NCBI GenBank assembly: GCA_951406725.2
Contig: OX597823.1
Span: 116,560,001-116,624,000, forward strand
Source: Octopus vulgaris
Taxonomy: Eukaryota
Direction: 5' to 3'
DNA: 64,000 bases
How positions within the stretch are numbered: position 1 is the first letter of the stretch; each line of letters opens with the position of its first letter. Below are positions 37,827-50,344 of this stretch, piece after piece. A program made the translations under genes and the position numbers. The notes beneath the pieces were generated by a model, which had not been told where the DNA came from, made no database searches, and was given only the letters and a program-made list of their open reading frames with translations.

Positions 37827-37828
<2 letters not shown>
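37380..37828 (-). mobile_element. 5'-truncated R4/Dong-clade LINE (RLE domain plus 3' UTR) inserted in (TAA)n
   Basis: Translation PDIVVRDHEE.KCFLIDVSIPADDNVSLKEMEKLSKYKDLEIEVTRMWNLKTETIPIIVGALGMIKK...IQKIALLGTAHILRRTLS (small frameshifts); (TAA)n on both sides, the known Dong target. Confidence 0.85.
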
Positions 37829-37874
<46 letters not shown>

Positions 37875-37946
37875 CATTATTAATATTATTATTATTATCA
37901 TTATTAATATTATTATTATTATTATTATTATTATTATCATTATTAA

Positions 37947-37982
<36 letters not shown>

Positions 37983-38041
37983 CATTATTAATATTATTAT
38001 TATTATCATTATTAATATTATTATTATTATTATTATTATTA

Positions 38042-38078
<37 letters not shown>

Positions 38079-38156
38079 CATTATTAATATTATTATTATT
38101 ATTATTATTATTATCATTATTAATATTATTATTATTATTATTATTATCATTATTAA

Positions 38157-38205
<49 letters not shown>

Positions 38206-38243
38206 ATTATTATTATTATTATTATTATTATTATCATTATTAA

Positions 38244-38277
<34 letters not shown>
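37829..38277. repeat. (ATT)n array with the same higher-order unit
   Basis: Seen directly. Confidence 0.95.
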
Positions 38278-38808
38278 GAGTGAGAGACAGTGCATGCCAT
38301 CAAAGTGACACTGGGGTAAAATATACGAAGCCCATCTGATAAGGGTACACCAGGCACATGCATCACAACCATATGTGCATGACATGGTGATCTCATATCA
38401 AGATAAACAGCGCATGACCTTGCTGGTGGGGCCCAGTTAGAATTTTCTTCAGATCGAGTAACCCGTCCCACTCAAAAGGTCCCTGAATAAGGGTTGTTGA
38501 AGGATGTTGAGCAAAACACCCATGTTTCCTGAGGTGAATTATTCAAACCCCAAAGAATTCCTCTCAACACACGGCTATGATGCTCCCCCACTACTTCTGC
38601 TCATGATCAGAGATGCGCATATCATCAGCCACTAAGGGACATGCTAAACTGGTTAAGGTCAAACAACTGACAAGCAAATCTATGGTGTTGAGCAGAATAT
38701 TTGCTGTGGCCCATCTTTTATACCAAGACAAAACAATGTACATGATAACACTTCCAATCAGTTAAGATCAGAAGCCATGAGAGCCACTGCCTGGTACTGC
38801 ATCAGGGC

Positions 38809-38812
<4 letters not shown>
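38278..38812. mobile_element. Unclassified interspersed repeat of about 540 bp embedded in (TAA)n
   Basis: Reverse complement of 49739-50302 over its full length, with the same endpoints. Confidence 0.8.
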
Positions 38813-38842
<30 letters not shown>

Positions 38843-40306
38843 TCCACCACTGCTATTTCATCAACTAGCCCCCACACTGGCAGTGTTATCTCTGCCACAC
38901 CCAGCATCACCATCACCCCCACCTTCACTTACACCATCAACTCTAACCCCCACACCACCATCATCATTAACATGAATCAATTGTCACATTCTGATGTTGA
39001 CCCTTTTACCCATCTTCCATCGTCAAATGCCTTTCTTTAACTTACACATCATGCTGTCTTCACTGGACCAGCCAGCCATGACCTCTGCTCTAAATCTTAC
39101 ATGGATAAAAATGTTCTTTATGGTGTTGTATTTTTAATCAGGAAAGGACTCTCTCTCTCTCCCTCTCTCTTTTTTCTCTCTCCCTTTCTTTTTCCATGTC
39201 TCTCTGTCTCTGTCTCTCCTCCTTTCTTTCTCTTCCTCACTCTCACCCCCCCACCTCATCTCTACAAGCTCTTCTCTATCAAATGATGGCAGTGCAGTTT
39301 CCATTAATACACACACAAACACAGACACACACACACAATCACACACACGTTATTTAAACATTCATAGCCTCCCAAAAAACACACACACAGTATCCCCCCC
39401 CCCCACACACACAATCACACAATCATACATGCATTATTTAAACATTCATACTCTCCAAAAACACACACACACACAATCACACACGCGTTATTTAAACATT
39501 CATACCATCAAAAGACACACACACACACCTTGCTTCTTCTTTCTTTGCTATTGGCAGTTATTTTATATTTGATAGGCTTTGTAACATGTGAACCCAACTC
39601 TAAACCTGCGACCATTTTTATCACAGATTAAATCTTCCTCTGGACCAAACAAGGCATCAGATTTCTATGGTTTAAATTCGAACTTGCATAAAATTCTGAA
39701 AGACAATTGCTGATAGGGAAATATTTAGCTTTGTCTATCAAAGTCTTCTTACCTTCTGGATATTCTTCCAACGCCAGTCATCTTATTTCGGTTTTTCTGT
39801 ATATTTTTAGTTTGTTAATACAAAGTACTTTAATGTTATGGTACAGAATGGAATCGGTTGTCAATCTCAAGTGAGGAATATGTCCCTCAGCAGAGATTAG
39901 CAGCAAAACAGTTTATAATAAACTGCAACAGGAAAATGGAGAATTCCTCCCAGATGAAGAACTAATGAATGCAAACAGAAATATATTCCTATAGAATTTC
40001 AAATTCTGCAAAAAATTTTATATTATTGTTCTTTAGTTTGTTTGTTTGTTTGTTTTTATCTATTATTCTTCATTAACAAAGCTAGAATAGGTTTTACTTT
40101 TCGTAAAATCCGACTTTTTACCAATAAATTGTGAGATAAACAAATGCTTAATGTTCCTCTCCATATGGCATCGATTTTATTAACACTAGCTTTAGCATGG
40201 TTTCTATGGCTGGACACCCTTTCAAATGCCAACCACTCAATAGCATGTACTGGATGCTTTTCTCATGCCAGCACCACCAGTGAGGTCATGATGTGAGAAC
40301 TGTATA

Positions 40307-40384
<78 letters not shown>

Positions 40385-40404
40385 TAGATATATTTGTATA
40401 TTTT

Positions 40405-40681
40405 TTGCAGCGTGGAAGGTGTTTATAAGCCATTTAAGAAACACACAAAAGCCTTTAGATTCACTTCAACATTTAAATTTAATTTGTCAAAATATTTTCG
40501 TTGCTTTGAGACCGCGACCTGTTCATTGACAAAAATTGGTACAGCACGGAATTTTGTCAGTGAACAGGTCGCTGTCTCAAAGCAACGAAAATATTTTGAC
40601 AAATTAAATTTAAATGTTGAAATGAATCTAAAGGCTTTTGTGTGTTTCTTAAATGGCTTATAAACACCTTCCATGCTGCAA
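40405..40681. repeat. Near-perfect palindrome (arms 40405-40535 and 40551-40681), probable inverted PLE pseudo-LTR
   Basis: Arms of about 130 bp with few mismatches and a loop of about 15 nt; adjacent to (TA)n; each arm holds a hammerhead-like fold. Confidence 0.9.
40553..40603 (+). ncRNA. Hammerhead-like motif with G3:C8 swapped core (GUGAACA); mirror copy at 40483-40533 on the minus strand
   Basis: TTTGTCA-GTGAACA-G-GTCGC TGTCTCAAA GCAAC-GAAA-ATAT-TT-TGACAAA: 7-bp stem I, stem II with one mismatch, palindromic AATATT stem III. Confidence 0.55.
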
Positions 40682-40754
40682 TTGTTTTCGTCCCACCACA
40701 CGATCTCAGATCAGGTCACTTGCTATGCAAGTTCATCTCCGTAATGTATATTTT

Positions 40755-40968
40755 TTTATCTTTTACCTGTTTCAGTCATTAGACTGCAGCCATGCTGAGG
40801 CACCACCTTGAATTTTTAGTCAAATGAATCCACTCCAGGACTTCTTTTTTAAGCCTGGTACTTATTCTATCAGTCTCTATTGCCAAACCACTAAGTTATG
40901 GGAGCATAAACACACCAACACTGGTTATCAAATGGTGATGAGGAACAAACACAGACACGCATACGTAG

Positions 40969-41028
<60 letters not shown>

Positions 41029-41190
41029 GATGGGCTTCTTTCAGTTTCCATCTACCAAATGCATTTACAAGGCTTTAATCATCCTGAGGCTATATTAGAA
41101 GACATTTACCCAAGGTGCCATGCAGTGGGACTGAACCCAGAACCACATGGTTGGAAGCAAGCTTCTTACCACACAGCCACTCCTGCACCT
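40755..41190 (-). mobile_element. SINE family A, full length, diverged
   Basis: Both halves plus (TA)n. Confidence 0.8.
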
Positions 41191-41203
41191 ATATATTCAT
41201 ATA

Positions 41204-41735
41204 CGAGGGTGAGTCAAAAAGTAATGCGATTTTGTTTAGGACAGGTATAATTACCAGCACAGGAACATGTATGAAGCTGGTCCTCTGTGGATCACATCCC
41301 TACTTCTCAACGTAGTCACCGTTTCTCTCAATAGCAATGTTCCACCTTCGAACGAGAGCATGTATCCCCGCCCCGTAAAATTCTGTTGTCTGTTCTTTGA
41401 GCCACTTCTTCACTACAGTTTTCACTTCCTTGTCACTGGAATAATGTTTGCCACTCAAACCTTCTTTCGTGGCACCGAAGAGATGATAGTCTGAAGGTGC
41501 TAAATCTGGTGAATATGGAGGTAGTGAAGAAGTGGCTCAAAGAACAGTCAACAGAATTTTACGGGGCAAAGATACATGCTCTCATTCGAAGGTGGAACAT
41601 TGCTATTGAGAGAAACAGTGACTACGTTGAGAAGTAGGGATGTGATCCACAGAGGACCAGTTTCATACATGTTCCTGTGCTGGTAATTATACCTGTCCTA
41701 AACAAAATGACAAAATACTTTTTGACTCACCCTCA
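41204..41735. mobile_element. Foldback mariner derivative made of two 3' ends in inverted orientation
   Basis: TA|CGAGGGTGAGTCAAAAAGTA ... TACTTTTTGACTCACCCTCA|TA; arms of about 210 bp; minus-strand 41521-41300 reads PPYSPDLAPSDYHLFGATKEGLSGKHYSSDKEVKTVVKKWLKEQTTEFYGAGIHALVRRWNIAIERNGDYVEK*. Confidence 0.9.
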
Positions 41736-41740
41736 TATAT

Positions 41741-42020
41741 AAGAAAGAGGGTTTGAGAGGCAAGCATCATTCCAGTGACGAAGAAGTGAAAACTGTAGTG
41801 AAGAATTGGCTCAAAGAACAGTCAACAGAATTTTACGGAGAAGGAATACATGCTCTCATTCGGAGGTGGAACATTGCTATTGAGAGAAACGGTGACCATG
41901 TTGAGAAGTAGGGATGTGATCCACAGAGGACCAGCTTCATTTTGAAGTATGACACATGTTGCTGTGTTGGTAATTATACCTGTCCTAAACAAAATCGCAT
42001 TACTTTTTGACTGACCCTCA
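41741..42020 (+). mobile_element. Third 3'-end fragment of the same mariner family
   Basis: KEGLRGKHHSSDEEVKTVVKNWLKEQSTEFYGEGIHALIRRWNIAIERNGDHVEK* followed by TIR and TA. Confidence 0.85.
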
Positions 42021-42029
42021 TAGATAAGA

Positions 42030-42355
42030 AGGCATGTGGCTGAGTGGATAGAGTATTTGGCTCATGATCATAAAGACATGATTTCAATTTCTGGTGACGT
42101 GTTATGTCCATGAGCAAGATACTTCATTTCACATTGTTCCAGTGCACTCACCTGGAAAATATGAGTAGTACATGTTATTCAAAGTGCTGGCCTTGTTACA
42201 CACTTGTGTCAAGCTGAATCTCCCTGAGAAATATATTAAAGGCAAAGAGGTCTGTGAAGTACTCAATCACTTGCACGTTAATTTCATGAGCAAACTGTTC
42301 CATTGATCAGATCAGCTGAAACCCTCATTGTTGTAGGTGATGGAATGCCAGTTAA
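42030..42355 (+). mobile_element. Old CORE-like tRNA SINE (related to family C, different tail)
   Basis: GTGGCTGAGTGGATAGAG head and TCCATGAGCAAGATACTTCATTTCACATTGTTCCAGT core; the tail resembles 2420-2570. Confidence 0.55.
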
Positions 42356-42372
42356 AAAAAATATATTTCTAT

Positions 42373-42586
42373 AAGGGGATGCTGAAAAATTCCTGGTTTA
42401 AGGGTTTCACAAAAGGCCTGGTCGAAAGCTCAACAATCTGAGTTCTTTTACAGGGTTTACAAAAACTGAAGGACCACTGCAATAAGTGTGTGAATCTGAA
42501 AGGAGAATATGTTGAATAAAATCATAATTAGCTGATCCTCTTGCATTTTCATTTACCCAAAGCCAGGAACTTTTCAACGGCCCCTC
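42373..42586 (+). mobile_element. mariner-derived MITE (family of 4382-4593)
   Basis: TIRs plus internal GLQKLKDHCNKCVNLKGEYVE*. Confidence 0.8.
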
Positions 42587-42782
42587 ATATACACACACAC
42601 ACACACACATACACACACACACACACAATGAGCTATTTTCGGTTTCTGCTTACCAGAACTACTCAGTCCTGGACTATAGTAGAAGACATTTGTCCAAGAT
42701 GCCACATTGCAGGATTGAACCTGACAATTTGACAAACATTCCCTTCAATTTGTGCTATAATCCCAGATCCTAAAATAATAAC

Positions 42783-43330
42783 ATCATCATCGTTTAACGT
42801 CTGCTTTCCATGCTAGCATGGGTTGGAGAATTGGACTGAGGGCTGGCGAACCAGATGGCTGCACCAGGCTTCAATCTTGATCTGGCAGAGTTTCTACAGC
42901 TGGATGCCCTTGCTAATGCCAACCACTCCGATAGTGTAGTGGGTGCTTTCAGTTGTGCCACTGGCACGGGGCCAGTCAGGCGGTACTGGCAATGACCTCG
43001 CTCAAATCTTTTACACATGCCATTGGCACAGGTGCCAGCAAGGCGATGCTGGTAACGATCATGCTCAAATGGTGTCTTTTACGTGCCACCGACATGGAGG
43101 CCAGATAGCCGCTCTGGCAATGATCACGCTCGGATGGTGCTCTTAATACCCTACTAGCACGGAGCTCGAGTGCCAGTAAGGTGACGCTGGTAATGATCAC
43201 ACTCAAATAGTGCCTTTTAAGTGCCACTGGCACGGAAGCAGGTTAGCTGCTCTGTCAATGATCACACTCGTATGGTGCTCTTTGCACCCTGCTGGCACGG
43301 ACACCAGTCATCGAATTTGATTTTAATTTT
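42783..43330 (-). mobile_element. RTE-type 3' UTR with tandem subunits
   Basis: (GAT)n tail, shared stem CCATGCTAGCATGG, repeated CTGG(C/T)AA(C/T)GATCACGCTC units. Confidence 0.75.
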
Positions 43331-43968
43331 GATATTAAAAATATTTAAAAAAATATAATGTAAAATTCGTATCATATATGAATCAGTGTTTAATTACAGA
43401 TCAATCCTAATTAAGCAGCTCTATGGCCTAAGACAGTCAAGCCATGACTAACCTGCCTTTTGTCTTTTGCATGCTTTATACTGTATAATAATATATCATA
43501 CTACCTTTTTCTTCATTTGAAGGACAGTTGAATGTGATTCGAAGGAAATTTGGTTGTTTTGTCTGGCTGGGTGAGCAGCCTTATAGCAGATCTCTTATTA
43601 ATTCATTGAGAGATTGAATTGGAGATCTTAGCTGAAACACAATGCCTTTGTGTATTTATTTTGAGTTATTGAATTTTAATCATTTCATTTATGGCACAGG
43701 CATGGCTGAATGAGTAAGAAGCTTGCTCTCTAGGCACATGGTTTCAGGTTCAACCTTATTGCATGGAACCTTGGGGAAGTATTTTCTACAGTAGCCTTGG
43801 GCCAACCAAAGCCTTGTGAGTGGATTTGGTAGAGGGAAACTGAAAGAAGCCTGTTGTGTGTGTGTGTGTGTATTACTTATAGATTAGAGACAGGTATTCT
43901 CTGTATAGAATATTCTTCGTAGTGCTCAATAGATTTGAACTTGGGTAGATAGAGGAGTAAATGTAAGG

Positions 43969-45224
43969 ACAACCAAGTTGGTCAAGTCAATATATAAAAA
44001 AATGTTAAATACATTTCATACAAAGAATGTACCTATATTTACATATAAAAGAAGTCAAACTTACCACAAAATGGAAATCTTATCAAGAATTAAGGGGGTT
44101 GAGTAGGAGTTTTATGAGTCCAACAGCTGTTTCTGAGGACTTGGTAGTCCAAAATAATGCTTGTAACTTAATTGCATCATTAGAAAACCACCAGCCTCCT
44201 TCTTCAGGGAAGAATTTTACATTTGAGGTGTTGACACAATGGAGCTTAAAGATGGAATGATTTTGTAGAGAACTAACTGCATTAGAAAGAGGAGTTGGAG
44301 TGCTTAGATAGAGAGTAGTGGAGAAGAAAATAGATTTTGGGGTTGGGGTTAATAATGAGGCTAGTGAAAGTAGTAGAGGTGGAAGGTAGGAGGAAGGGGG
44401 AATGGTGGTTTGGGTAGTATGTGAATGATGATTTTTGTGTCTGTTTGTATGAAGGCTATAAAGTTAAAGGTCGAGATAGAGAAACAGGGACGGCTGTTAT
44501 TTGAGTGAAATGAGTTGTCTGGTTCAGTAGCTGGAGGGTGAGGAGGTGGTCAAAAGTAGTTGTTAGTGGGACAAAGAAATTGGGTTGGTATTGGTAGGGT
44601 GGGCGGGGTGTTATGGTCAACAGAGGCTGTGGAATTGAATAGGGGGGATGTGAGCAGGAAGGGGTAAAGGTAGATAGGTTAGTTTTCAAAGGAGTTAAGT
44701 ACTTTTTGAGCTTAAGAGGGAAGTGTGAAGTAGTTGATTTGAAGAAGTTGAAAGAAATTGCAGATGTTGTATGAGAGAGAGTAGGATGGAGAGGATTTGG
44801 TACTTTTTAAGTAGTGGGTTGCAAGGCTGATTTTTCTTGGTTTAAGACATTTTGGGTATGGAAATTTATTATGGGATTATATAGATTTGGTGAAGTGTGT
44901 GAAAGATGAGTAGTATCTGTGTTTACAAGAATAAATAACATCAGAGAATCTATGAAGTAATGAAGTGTTATGAAGGCAACAAATGGTTAATGATTCTTTT
45001 AAACATAACTTACACTTGCTGATGTTTGCATTGTATGGGGGAGCTTCTCTTACTATGTACCAGGATAGGGCATATGGAATATTTTGGGATTTGAGGTTGG
45101 GATTTGTTGTCATGTATGATTTCCCTTCTGTATAAGTCAGACTTCTTTCATATATATACAATTGTACATTCTTTATATTAAATGTATTTAATATTTTTAT
45201 ATATCGACTTGACTAATTTGCTTG
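43969..45224 (-). mobile_element. Penelope-like element 3' remnant bracketed by a diverged inverted repeat of about 110 bp
   Basis: ORF 44877-45161 LKSQNIPYALSWYIVREAPPYNANISKCKLCLKESLTI...LLHRFSDVIYSCKHR resembles the PLE endonuclease C-terminus (W.I...A.PY...C.LCL.E...CRH); 43969-44083 is inverse to 45115-45224. Confidence 0.65.
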
Positions 45225-46469
45225 TATGTTTGTATGTATGTACATATACATAGAGAGAGAGAGATACAACTAATCTTATCAGTCAGTTTTACACAAGGAA
45301 TCTAATGGAGTGTTAGATAACAGCCTGATCTCTTCAGAGATGACAGTCATGGACTGAAATATGGCTACTGCTCTCTATTGTTGGAGTTGAAAAGACATAT
45401 GTGAGTGGCTTGTGTTTCTTGTAAAAAGATGATGAAATGAACTCAGCCAGTTTAAGCTAAGAGTTATAATGAATATATGATACTGTAAACTTTGATTTAT
45501 ATCATCATCATCATCATTTTACGTCTGTTTTCCATGCTAGCATGGGTTGGATGGTTCGACCAGGATCTGGTAAGCCATGGAGGCTGCACCAGGCTCTAGT
45601 CTGATTTGGCAGTGTTTCTACAGCTGGATGCCCTTCCTAACGCCAACCACTCCATGAACTGTATGTATGTATGTATGTATTGTGTATGTGTGGGGGGGGG
45701 GTGAATTGGTATCTCCTTGTCTTAAAATTAAGTGTGACTATCATACGGCAGTGCTCTTTGCTTCTAGTCTTCCATCAAAACATGTCTGGCCATGGGAAAA
45801 TATAAATATCCTCTTAAATGGAAACAGGGGAGGGTTGACACTATGAAGGGCATCTACCTGCAGAAAATTTCCTCAACCAATTCCATCTGACCCGTGCAAG
45901 CATGGAAAAGTGAGCATTAAAATGATGATGATGTTGATGATGATGATGATTCAAATTCCTTATTCTCTAAACTTCAGAATATTTACCTCTAACTACTCTC
46001 TTTCCTATTCACTCGGAACATTTAAAGAACCTTCTACGTATAGTTCCATCTATGACCTATAAATTAAACACATTAAAAATGTTCTCTTTCCATGACTAAT
46101 CTGAAATTAAATATTTCTCAACATGAAATAAATTCAATGTTTATAGCATTTAAATATGCTTTTAACGTATTTAGCCTTGCAGCAACAATCTGAATATGTT
46201 TGGTTCCACTTAGCGAAATATTTAATACTTACAGAGTTTGTTATTTTTTTTTTGTAATTTCACTTAATCTAAGATTGAACAATATGTATGTGAGTGTGTG
46301 CGTTTTAAACTAATGGATGTAGGAAACACAAATGACACACAGGAAAGAAGAACTCAAAGTAAAACTGATAAACAGTATAAACATGGAGCCTACATGTTCA
46401 GTCTTGGATTAATTCTTCAAAGAAATATTGTAATTATACACTGTTACTGTCTTCATAATTGTTGACAAC

Positions 46470-46945
46470 AGACATGTGACAAAATGATGTGGGTGCATGA
46501 GGCAAATGTGTGACACAAAGGCTTATGGTACTAAGCATGTGACACATGATATGTGACACCAGTACATGATGTGTGACTTTAAAGCAAGTATGTGACACTT
46601 GTTATGTGACACCAGTACATGTATGTGATACTTGATATGTGACACCAAAACATGTAACAATATGTGTGACTTTAGAGCATCTATGTGACACTTGATATGT
46701 GAAACCAGTACATGTGACAACATGATGTGTGATACTGAGGCATGTAGCACTAGGTGTGTGAGACTAGATGTTATGACATTTGATGCATGACACCAATCAC
46801 ATGCGACAGTACGGTGTTACACTGGAACATGTAATTCTGGGCATATGATACAAGAACTTGTGCCACCAGAAAGGTGATACCTGAACATGTCATTCTAAGA
46901 TGTCTGTCACTAGCACATGTGACACTCGGACATGTGACATGAGAT
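46470..46945. repeat. Degenerate minisatellite built on (A)TGTGACAC units of about 13-15 bp
   Basis: More than 20 recurrences of TGTGAC/TGTGAT with variable spacers. Confidence 0.8.
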
Positions 46946-48512
46946 AAGCTGAATTTGTCATGACTTCAATAGAAGTTAGATTAGTAGTCATTTCTGGCAG
47001 TGTTGTCAAGAAGTCAGGTTCAATCCTGTTGCATGTCATCCTAGACAAGTGTGTTTTACTATAACCTCAGCATGGTCCATTATCTTGAGAGAGAATGGAA
47101 ATTATGTGAAAGTCCATCACACATATATATATATATATATATATAGGCATGTGTATGTGTGCGTCTCTCTCCCCCCCCCCCTCTCTCTCTCTCTATCTCT
47201 CTCAACTGTGATTTCATATTGATGCTGCTGAAAAATTGCTACTCTTTTTATCTATGTCCCATAACTTAGCAGTATGACAAAATGACAAACAAGGATTGCT
47301 AAAATAAGTATCAAACATTAAAATAACCATTGTGATCTATATGATCGACTAAATTCCTTCAAGGTGGTGCCCCAGCGTAGCTACAATTCAATGATTTAAA
47401 CAAATAAAAGGATAAAAGAAATTCAGTAGCTAATTCCATGTTTCCTCATTAAATTTACCAAAGCTTACTCTGAAATGCTTATAGTTTCTGATTTACTTAT
47501 GCACATAAATAATTCCAAAATATAAACATGTTTTCTTATAACTTCTGTGTTTACCATCACAGTTTTTGAACATCTATAATAATAAAGGGGAAATTCTGTC
47601 TGTCCGTCTGGGACCTTTGTATTTCAGTCTACATTTGTTCTACATAGACACATTATACCTTTTTGAAATCATGATGATCCCGGTATAGAAGATAGGCCCT
47701 TCATTTAGTTCTTGAACATCCAGCATTGGGATGTGATTTAAAAGCATTTGGGTTGCAATTCCTAGCAGGTTAAGCTTGGTTGGTTCACATCATCTTGGTA
47801 GTGTTTGTCAGATGATGTCATAAATCAAGGGGAAGATAAATTGACATTTGCTTCATCGAGATAAAAATTCTGCGACAATTTGGCCAACAGTTGGAATTGA
47901 ACTTGGGACTGGAACAGTAGAATGGTCGCATTACAGAAGTAATTTTCCTCCATTCTTAACCTCTGATCAAACACCACCAGGGCATGTAGTCATTATAGAC
48001 GTATTATAGTTAAGCTATTTAGCCCTCTTTAGTTTGGGGCCACAAGCCCAATTAGCCCTCTTCAGGAACTAGCTTAAAAGTCCAACAGAAAACAGATTTT
48101 AAGCTAGTAATGAAATGAAGCAAAACAAAAAAGACAGATTTAATAAGATATCTATGACTACACTCTGCTTGTCATAGCACTCACCATATCTCAGTGTGTA
48201 AGTTGTATATACATAAGTCGGAAGCATAATCAAAGTTGCAACAACTAGAGATTCGATAGAGTTTCATTAGAAATTTTTATACTTTGTTCTGTGAAATCCT
48301 AGTTGGGGCAGATACTGGTGTCACACAACTTGGTATCCATGGCAGTGGCACATAAAAGCATTCGTTACAGTCTCAGAGTGATTGACATAAGGAAGGGCAT
48401 CCAGCGATAGAAGGGCATCCAGCTAAACGAGATTGGAGTCTGGTTCAGCTCCTCAGCTGACCAGCTTTGGTCAAACCATCCAACCCATGCCAGCGTGGAC
48501 AATGGACGTTAA

Positions 48513-48545
<33 letters not shown>

Positions 48546-49694
48546 CTCTGTCATGCTTTTCTTTTTTTTCTGTTTATTCTTTTTATTTGTTTCAGTCATT
48601 TAACCATGGCCATGCTGGAGCACTGCCTTTAGTCGAGCAAGTCAACCCTAGGACTTACTCTCTGTAAGCCTAGTACTTATTCTTTTGGTCTGAACAGCTA
48701 AGTTACAGGGACGTAGTGATGCTGGGAGACAAACACAGACACACAAATATATTTATATATATATATATATACATATATGCATACATATATATATATAGTC
48801 TTTTTTTTATTTTTAACCATGGTTGCATGTGGTTTGAAGGAAATTTAGCTGCTATGCCTAATCAGTTTGGATCAATTTGTTAAGGTATCATCACTGAGAT
48901 TGCCGTGTGTTAATATAACATCATCATCATCATCATCATCCTCGTTTAACGTCCGCTTTTCATGCTAGCATGGGTTGGACAGTTCAACTGGGGTCTGGGA
49001 AGCCAGAAGGCTGCACCAGGCGCAGTCTGATCTGGCAGTGTTTCTACGGCTGGATGCCTTTCCTAACGCCAACAACTCCGTGAGTGTAGTGGGTGCAATA
49101 TGTGTATGTTATTACAAAGTACCCAAAGAGAAAACAGAAAAATATTTTTATATTAATGAAAAATAAATGCAAAATATGTGTGTGTGTGTATGTATATATG
49201 TGTATATATGTATGTATGTTTATATATGTATGTTTATATATGTATGTATGTGCATGTGTGTGTGTATACATTTCACACAGTGATAAAGAAATCAATACAT
49301 AAATATTAATGGAGAAATTATGGAGAGACACGAAAATGTTACAAGTAACCCATTGTGTTTTAGATAGGTCTCACTTATTAATTTATTTTGGAAATGCGGT
49401 GTGTTGGTAGAATTGTTAGAGCCTGGAATACAATATTTTGTAGTAATTGTTTTAGATCTCTACACTCTGAATTTAAATTTTATTGAAGACAACTTTGCCC
49501 CCCATACTTTTGGGATCAATAACGTATCAATAAGAGAACAACACCCAAGACGCCTTTTGGGCTGACAGTATTTGTTTGGGCCCTCAATATATTGAGTTCA
49601 AATTGTTGGCATTAGCCTCTTTATGATGTAAAACAAGACCAAAGGGGTCCAGCTAACAAATGTAGGCCACAATTTAATAACAACAACAATGATG

Positions 49695-49734
<40 letters not shown>

Positions 49735-49738
49735 TTAT

Positions 49739-50302
49739 AAATGCCCTGATGCAGTACCAGGCAGTGGCTCTTGTGTGGCTTCTGATCTTAACTGATTGGA
49801 AATGTTAACATGTAGATTGTTTTGACTTGGTATAAAAGATGGGCTACAGCAAATATTCTGCTCAATACCACAGATTTGCTACTCAGTTGTTTGACCATAA
49901 CCAGTTGAGCATGTCCCTTAGTGGCTGATGATATGTGCATCTCTGATCACGAGCAGGAGTAGTGGGGGAGCATCATAACTGTCTCTTGAAAGGAATTCTT
50001 TGGGGGTTTCAATAATTCACCTCTGGAAACATGGGTGTTTTGCTCATCATTCTTAAAGAAACCTTATTCAGGGACCTTTTGAATGGGATGGGCTACTCAA
50101 CCTGAATAAAATTCTAACTGGGCCCCCACCTGCAAGGTCATGCACTGTTTATCTTGATAGAAGATCACCATGTCGCACACATGTGGTTGTGATGTATGTG
50201 CCTGGTGTACCCTTATTAGACGGGTAGTCATGATGGGTGTATTGAACTACGTACAATTGTACCCCAATGTCACTTTGATGGCATGCACTGCTATCTCACT
50301 CA
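49739..50302. mobile_element. Second copy of the (TAA)n-embedded repeat
   Basis: (AAT)n|AAATGCCCTGATGCAGTACCAGG ... GCACTGCTATCTCACTC|AATAATGAT. Confidence 0.8.
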
Positions 50303-50344
50303 ATAATGATGATGATGATAATAATAATGATAATAATAATAATA

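Noticed and set aside
37016-38471. Poly-Ile, poly-Asn and poly-Leu ORFs up to 217 aa
   Set aside because: Read-through of (ATT)n arrays.
38745-38790. ATCAGTTAAGATCAGA, faintly reminiscent of U2 snRNA
   Set aside because: The match is too short and lacks the U2 branch-pairing and Sm motifs.
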